Positions 59,505 through 64,000 of a DNA stretch of 64,000 nt are shown here, in pieces (position 1 is the stretch's first letter; each line of letters opens with the position of its first letter). The DNA is from an uncultured Desulfosarcina sp. Its GTDB lineage: Bacteria; Desulfobacterota; Desulfobacteria; Desulfobacterales; Desulfosarcinaceae. The notes under the pieces are model-generated. The model was given only the letters and a program-made list of their open reading frames with translations, was not told the origin of the DNA and did no database searches. The stretch covers positions 2,848,001-2,912,000 of the forward strand of contig CAXXWQ010000004.1 in assembly GCA_963674945.2 (NCBI GenBank), in the 5' to 3' direction. The position numbers and the translations under genes were made by a program.

Positions 59505-60632
59505 ATGGATTTATTGTTGCAGTTTCTATCCAACACCGGATACTACCTCGCCGACTTTCGCCATTTTCTGATGTGGGGCGTCGGCATATTTTTCGTTTAT
59601 CTGGCCATCGCAAAACATTACGAACCGCTTTTGCTTCTGCCCATCGGTTTCGGAATTCTTGTGGGAAACGTTCCCTTCTTCAAGGGATTCGGTCTGGGGA
59701 TATACGAACCCAACAGCGTGCTTCATTATTTATACTTCGGCGTGACAACGGGTGTTTATCCCTCTATCGTTTTTTTGGGCTTGGGTGCCATGACCGACTT
59801 CTCGTCACTTCTCGCCCGACCCAAACTGATGCTTCTGGGCGCAGCGGCCCAAATGGGAATCTTCTTCACCCTGCTCAGTGCACTGGCACTTGGATTTCTG
59901 CCCAAGGAAGCGGCTTCCATCGCCATTATCGGTGGCGCGGACGGACCCACTTCCATATTTTTAACAGCCAAACTGGCCCCGCACCTGATCGGTCCCATTG
60001 CCATTGCTGCCTACTCTTACATGGCGCTGATTCCCATCATCCAGCCGCCGATCATGAAACTACTCACAACGAAAAAAGAACGAATGATTCATATGCCGGA
60101 GCCAAGGCCGGTCTCCCGCAAAGAGCTGCTGATTTTTCCCGTGATCGGACTCTTTCTCTGCTGTTTTCTCGCCCCCGCTTCCATTCCCCTGTTGGGAACA
60201 TTCTTCTTCGGCAATATATTGAAGGTTAGCGGCGTGGTCGATCGACTGGCCCAAACGGCCAAGACGGCGATCATCGACACGGCAACCATATTTTTGGGAC
60301 TCACCGTCGGTGCCAGTACCCAGGCGGATGTTTTTCTCACTACGAAATCCGTCGGTATTTTTGCCCTCGGCGCTGTCGCATTCAGCATCGCAACGGCATC
60401 CGGCCTTATTTTCGCAAAAATCATGAACCTCTTTTTGAAAGAGAAAATCAACCCATTGCTCGGTGCAGCCGGCGTATCTGCAGTTCCCGGATCTGCTAGA
60501 GAAGTTCATTTGATGGGACAAAGGGAAGATCCGACGAATTTTCTGCTGATGCATGCCATGGCCTGCAACTCTTCCGGCGTGATCGGTTCCGCCATCTGTG
60601 CCGGTATTCTATGGAGCTTTCTCATCGGTTAA
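59505..60632 (+). CDS. oadB: Na+-translocating decarboxylase beta subunit
   Basis: YEPLLL.PIGFG, GAMTDF, IIGGADGPT, AAYSYMAL, GVSAVP. Confidence 0.92.
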   Translation: MDLLLQFLSNTGYYLADFRHFLMWGVGIFFVYLAIAKHYEPLLLLPIGFGILVGNVPFFKGFGLGIYEPNSVLHYLYFGVTTGVYPSIVFLGLGAMTDFSSLLARPKLMLLGAAAQMGIFFTLLSALALGFLPKEAASIAIIGGADGPTSIFLTAKLAPHLIGPIAIAAYSYMALIPIIQPPIMKLLTTKKERMIHMPEPRPVSRKELLIFPVIGLFLCCFLAPASIPLLGTFFFGNILKVSGVVDRLAQTAKTAIIDTATIFLGLTVGASTQADVFLTTKSVGIFALGAVAFSIATASGLIFAKIMNLFLKEKINPLLGAAGVSAVPGSAREVHLMGQREDPTNFLLMHAMACNSSGVIGSAICAGILWSFLIG

Positions 60633-60659
60633 GATACTTCACATTCTCTACTCTCTGGA

Positions 60660-60695
60660 AGCCGTTGTGAACGATTGGTTCTCAACGGCTTTTTT
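60660..60695 (+). terminator. Rho-independent terminator
   Basis: AGCCGTTG..AAC / GTT..CAACGGCT stem followed by a T run. Confidence 0.75.
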
Positions 60696-60854
60696 CTTGA
60701 CCATTTTACTATTGCTGTGCCATTGTTTGAACATCAACGAAAATGGAGCGGCAAGTTCCCTTTGCAGCACATTCGCTCGTCATCCCCTTCGCGATTTACC
60801 CATCCTGCCGTCGTCTCCAAAGTCCATCCCATCGGTCAGAAAAGGAGGTCGCCC

Positions 60855-61172
60855 ATGATCGCAAAAATCATCATTAAAAGACGATTTACCAAGGAAAACC
60901 GACCACAAATCCTCTCCCTTCTTAACAAAATCAGGACCATCGCCCTGGAACAACCGGGTTATATCTCCGGAGAAACCCTGATGCAGCCGAACTTTCCCGA
61001 AAACATGGCCGTCATCTGTACATGGCAAAGCATGGCAGACTGGGAACGTTGGAGAAACAGCGAAGAACGGAAAAAATACGAGGAGATGTTAGAAATCTAT
61101 CAAACGAGGCCGACGGAACATGAAGAATATGTTCTTGGTACTTCGTTTAAAGAGGGAGCCACTGTAACATAA
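60855..61172 (+). CDS. Antibiotic biosynthesis monooxygenase family protein
   Basis: QPGYISGETL, TWQS..DW..W..S.ER; AGGAGG RBS. Confidence 0.8.
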   Translation: MIAKIIIKRRFTKENRPQILSLLNKIRTIALEQPGYISGETLMQPNFPENMAVICTWQSMADWERWRNSEERKKYEEMLEIYQTRPTEHEEYVLGTSFKEGATVT

Positions 61173-61287
61173 ATGCCAAGATGCGATGAAAAATGATTTT
61201 ATCCTTTGATTTATACAAATCCTTTTTAATAGCAGTATGTTAAAAATGGACAACGGAGGGCTCTATTTTTAGATGATTTGTCCTTCA

Positions 61288-62172
61288 TCAAGGGATAAGC
61301 GTGGAGACCAGGGATTGGCCCAAAAAATCGCCTCTCAGCAGGCATACGGCACCCCAATCATTTTCAGTGATCTTTTTTGCTGGAAAAAAACCGAGGCGTT
61401 CATAGGAGGAACAAATGTCATCCATTTCGGCGATGCGTAAGCCGGAAAAGATGGCCATCCCGTCACATTCTAACCTTTCATCCAATTGATCTCTCAACGC
61501 GAACAACGTCGGAAAACGTAGGTTTGCCAAAACCAGGTCTATGGATCCGGGCAAGAGGTCCAATCCTTTGCCCGAGATCCTGATCCGTGCGTCCAAATCA
61601 TTGAGAAGTACATTTCTTCTCGCTTCGAATACACAGCAAGGATCGATATCGACCCCCCATATGGATCCGACACCCATTTTCGCTGCCACGATGGCAAGAA
61701 CACCCGTTCCGGTTCCGATGTCCACCGCACGGAATGCGCCCAATCGATTTCGCAGTTGGCTTTGATAGAGAAACGCATCCATCAATCGAATGGCCAATCT
61801 TGTGGACGGATGTTCCCCGCCACCAAAGGAGGCGCCTCGTTCCAGGAAGACGGCGCATGGACCGTCCCTGGAAGAGCGATGAAGGGAAGACGGTTTAATT
61901 ACGACATTATCTGATATCTGTTGTGGCGCATCGTAAGAAACTTCGATATAGGTGCCGCCGAAATGTGTCGTATAGCGAAGCTTCCCCTCTTCTACCAGTT
62001 GGTTCACAATTCTTTTCAGCGTTTTCTTGTCGATTGGGTTCTCCGATCGAGCATAGGACTGCAGTTTTGAAAAATTAACCTTTGAAGAAGATTCTGAAAT
62101 GAATCGATAAATTTGGGTGGCAAAACTTCCCATCGGCTGTGAAAATTCCCATGGCTGGCGGTCATGATTCAA
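61288..62172 (-). CDS. PrmA-like SAM methyltransferase with N-terminal extension
   Basis: SFG.G.HPST, DIGTGTGVLAI, DID, ANL. Confidence 0.75.
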   Translation of the reverse strand: MNHDRQPWEFSQPMGSFATQIYRFISESSSKVNFSKLQSYARSENPIDKKTLKRIVNQLVEEGKLRYTTHFGGTYIEVSYDAPQQISDNVVIKPSSLHRSSRDGPCAVFLERGASFGGGEHPSTRLAIRLMDAFLYQSQLRNRLGAFRAVDIGTGTGVLAIVAAKMGVGSIWGVDIDPCCVFEARRNVLLNDLDARIRISGKGLDLLPGSIDLVLANLRFPTLFALRDQLDERLECDGMAIFSGLRIAEMDDICSSYERLGFFPAKKITENDWGAVCLLRGDFLGQSLVSTLIP

Positions 62173-62181
62173 AAAGGGCGT

Positions 62182-62535
62182 TTAATCGAGGCCCTCTATC
62201 TTCAACAAATTACGGTGCCACAACGCAAATTCATACATTCCTATGAATCGGTCATCATCATTCACGATGCCGATTGCCATTTCCAAGACGCCTCTTCCGT
62301 AGCTGTTGGAGTATTCTTCCAAGGTTCTTGACTGTAAGAACTCGCGAACCAGCATTTGAGCAGTCCGATTGCTTTTATCCTTTCGAATATCGATGGGGTC
62401 TTTCGGCTTTTCAAAAGGATTCCAATTGTCATACCCGACTTTGTTGATAATATGTTTCTGTCTCCGGGCAGACATGGATTCGAAAATGGCCTTTTTCTTG
62501 TCCTCTTCGGAAAAACCATTACCCATTTCCGCCAC
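62182..62535 (-). CDS. Hypothetical protein
   Basis: 117-aa ORF overlapping the upstream gene in an operon arrangement. Confidence 0.7.
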   Translation of the reverse strand: MAEMGNGFSEEDKKKAIFESMSARRQKHIINKVGYDNWNPFEKPKDPIDIRKDKSNRTAQMLVREFLQSRTLEEYSNSYGRGVLEMAIGIVNDDDRFIGMYEFALWHRNLLKIEGLD

Positions 62536-63220
62536 CTTTCTCCTCTTTTTTTTCAGAACATTGTTCTTCGCTCTTTAGCCCCAGATACTCTTCATCGAAA
62601 ACGGTCAACAGCGCCATGGAAAGCGGCATCAAAACCTCTCCCATTTTCACATGCCTGGATTTAATCAGCGAAACGATTTCATGAGAAAGCTGTTGAAGCT
62701 TTCCATTTATCGCATCGATATTCACCGTTGGGTACGATTCACCCTCAGAAAAACCGGACAAGCCACACGTATGCCCCCTCCCGCCGATGGAGGTCGGGAT
62801 GCCGTAAAGTCGACAGGTAATCGGTCTATGCTCATATAAAACGCAACGATCTTCATCATTCAACAATGGACAACGCACTCGTTGGGCTGCCATTTCAAGA
62901 AGCACCTGCTCTTCCGACTTCTCCCCAGACGAAACCGATTTAAATGCCTTTCGTTTCAGTTGATAGGTCATTCGATCGGCCTTATTGGCAATCTCCAAGA
63001 CTTCACACCTTCGGTTTTCTGTGGCCTTTTCCAGAAAGCTTCGATTGATGTAGAGTGCTTCCACTAGGGAAAGATCGAAAAGCGCATGACAACAATCCGC
63101 GCAGCCCAATTTACAGGCAACGAGTTCCCCGTATTTTTCCTTTACCTGACGGAAAACATCATCAACCTGTTCCACCAGGGCTTCATACTTCTTAAAAACA
63201 CCATCCAATTCGGGTATCAT
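62519..63220 (-). CDS. YkgJ-family Cys-cluster protein
   Basis: CKLGCADCC, CPLL....C.LY..RP..CR. Confidence 0.8.
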   Translation of the reverse strand: MIPELDGVFKKYEALVEQVDDVFRQVKEKYGELVACKLGCADCCHALFDLSLVEALYINRSFLEKATENRRCEVLEIANKADRMTYQLKRKAFKSVSSGEKSEEQVLLEMAAQRVRCPLLNDEDRCVLYEHRPITCRLYGIPTSIGGRGHTCGLSGFSEGESYPTVNIDAINGKLQQLSHEIVSLIKSRHVKMGEVLMPLSMALLTVFDEEYLGLKSEEQCSEKKEEKGGGNG

Positions 63221-63239
63221 TCGTCGATTCTCCATCGAA

Positions 63240-63255
63240 TGTTTCACGTGAAACA
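63240..63255. promoter_or_regulatory. parS centromere site
   Basis: TGTTTCACGTGAAACA, a perfect 16-bp palindrome matching the parS consensus. Confidence 0.9.
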
Positions 63256-64000
63256 CTATTTGCCGATACAAAACTGATTAAAAATTTGATCGTAAAGTCC
63301 ATCTTGTTGTTGATCCCCAGTGATTTCACCAAGAAGCTTCCGTACACGCATGAGTGTATCGGAAATGAATTCCAATGAGTTTTCATGGAATTCTTCCAAA
63401 TTTTCCTTACGAAACTCCCTTATCACATTTTCCAGAATTTTTCGTTGTCTCAAATTAGGTGAAACGCGATTATCGCGATTCATTGAATCGGGTTTCACCA
63501 TTGCAAAAAAAATACGTTCTTTCAATTTATCGATGTTGGTTCCATATTTTGCAGACACCCGCAAAGCGCGTATGGGATGAAGATGCTTTTGGATGCGGTC
63601 CATTGTTTCTTCCTCGCCAATATCCGCTTTGTTGATTACGTAAATCCTCTTTTGCTTCATCGTCATGTCTGTTTCTTTGATCTCGTACTCGCTGAGGTCA
63701 CGGGAACCGTCAAAAACCATCAGCACCAAATCAGCTGCCCGTATTTGCTCTTTGGCCTTAACGATTCCCATGCATTCCACGGGATCTATTGTCTCTTGTA
63801 TACCGGCCGTATCGCAGATCATTACCGGAACGCCGTTAATGGAGATGTAGTCTCGGACAACATCCCTTGTGGTTCCGGGAAATTCGGAGACGATAGCGGT
63901 TTCTTTTTGAACCAATTGATTCAATAAACTCGATTTTCCGACGTTGGGCACACCGGCTATCGTCAAGGAAAAGCCTTCTTTGTAAATAGCCGCTTCTTTC
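63256..64000 (-). CDS. mnmE: tRNA modification GTPase MnmE, C-terminal part (cut by window end)
   Basis: G.PNVGKSS, GTTRD, DTAG, NKAD, C-terminal FCIGK. Confidence 0.95.
   Translation of the reverse strand, partial: KEAAIYKEGFSLTIAGVPNVGKSSLLNQLVQKETAIVSEFPGTTRDVVRDYISINGVPVMICDTAGIQETIDPVECMGIVKAKEQIRAADLVLMVFDGSRDLSEYEIKETDMTMKQKRIYVINKADIGEEETMDRIQKHLHPIRALRVSAKYGTNIDKLKERIFFAMVKPDSMNRDNRVSPNLRQRKILENVIREFRKENLEEFHENSLEFISDTLMRVRKLLGEITGDQQQDGLYDQIFNQFCIGK

Noticed and set aside
329..63927. Many long antisense or alternate-frame ORFs in the track (for example 18882..19727, 37203..38261, 43725..44636, 57615..58532)
   Set aside because: They are shadows of well-supported genes in GC-rich DNA and carry no motifs
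1..64000. tRNA, rRNA, integrase, transposase or phage genes
   Set aside because: None recognised by eye; tRNAscan-SE and Infernal would be needed to exclude small RNAs

Overview
64-kb chromosomal window from an anaerobic bacterium, most likely a sulfate-reducing Desulfobacterota/Desulfobacterales member (inferred from gene content). It probably lies near the replication origin: a perfect parS site abuts the 3' end of mnmE. Most of the window is sigma54-controlled anaerobic redox and sulfur-trafficking genes. (i) A tusA-mvhD-hdrA-hdrA-hdrC-CCG-dsrE-metV-metF operon. (ii) A tusA-like/hybA/hybB operon ending in a 13-heme cytochrome c (cytochrome c3-like domain plus an octaheme tetrathionate-reductase-like domain), followed by a peroxiredoxin and an MBL-rhodanese fusion. 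(iii) An expanded Orange-protein (ORP)-type cluster with an embedded HdrD/GlpC-like Fe-S protein. (iv) A metF'-hdrL-mvhD-metV-metF operon. The ORF track splits or truncates four genes at an in-frame TGA. Each TGA sits at a position where homologues have Cys and is followed by a perfect hairpin whose loop begins with GG, so I read them as selenoproteins: the peroxiredoxin, the 13-heme cytochrome, the HdrD-like protein and MvhD. The best candidate for a poorly described system is the Sec-containing 13-heme cytochrome with its quinol-oxidising HybA/HybB module and sulfur-handling neighbours. The window also has a family of ~125-bp MITE/REP-like elements with co-varying terminal inverted repeats, several decayed gene remnants, a nucleoside-type ABC transporter, oadG/oadB and housekeeping genes. 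All calls come from reading motifs by eye; no database searches were run.
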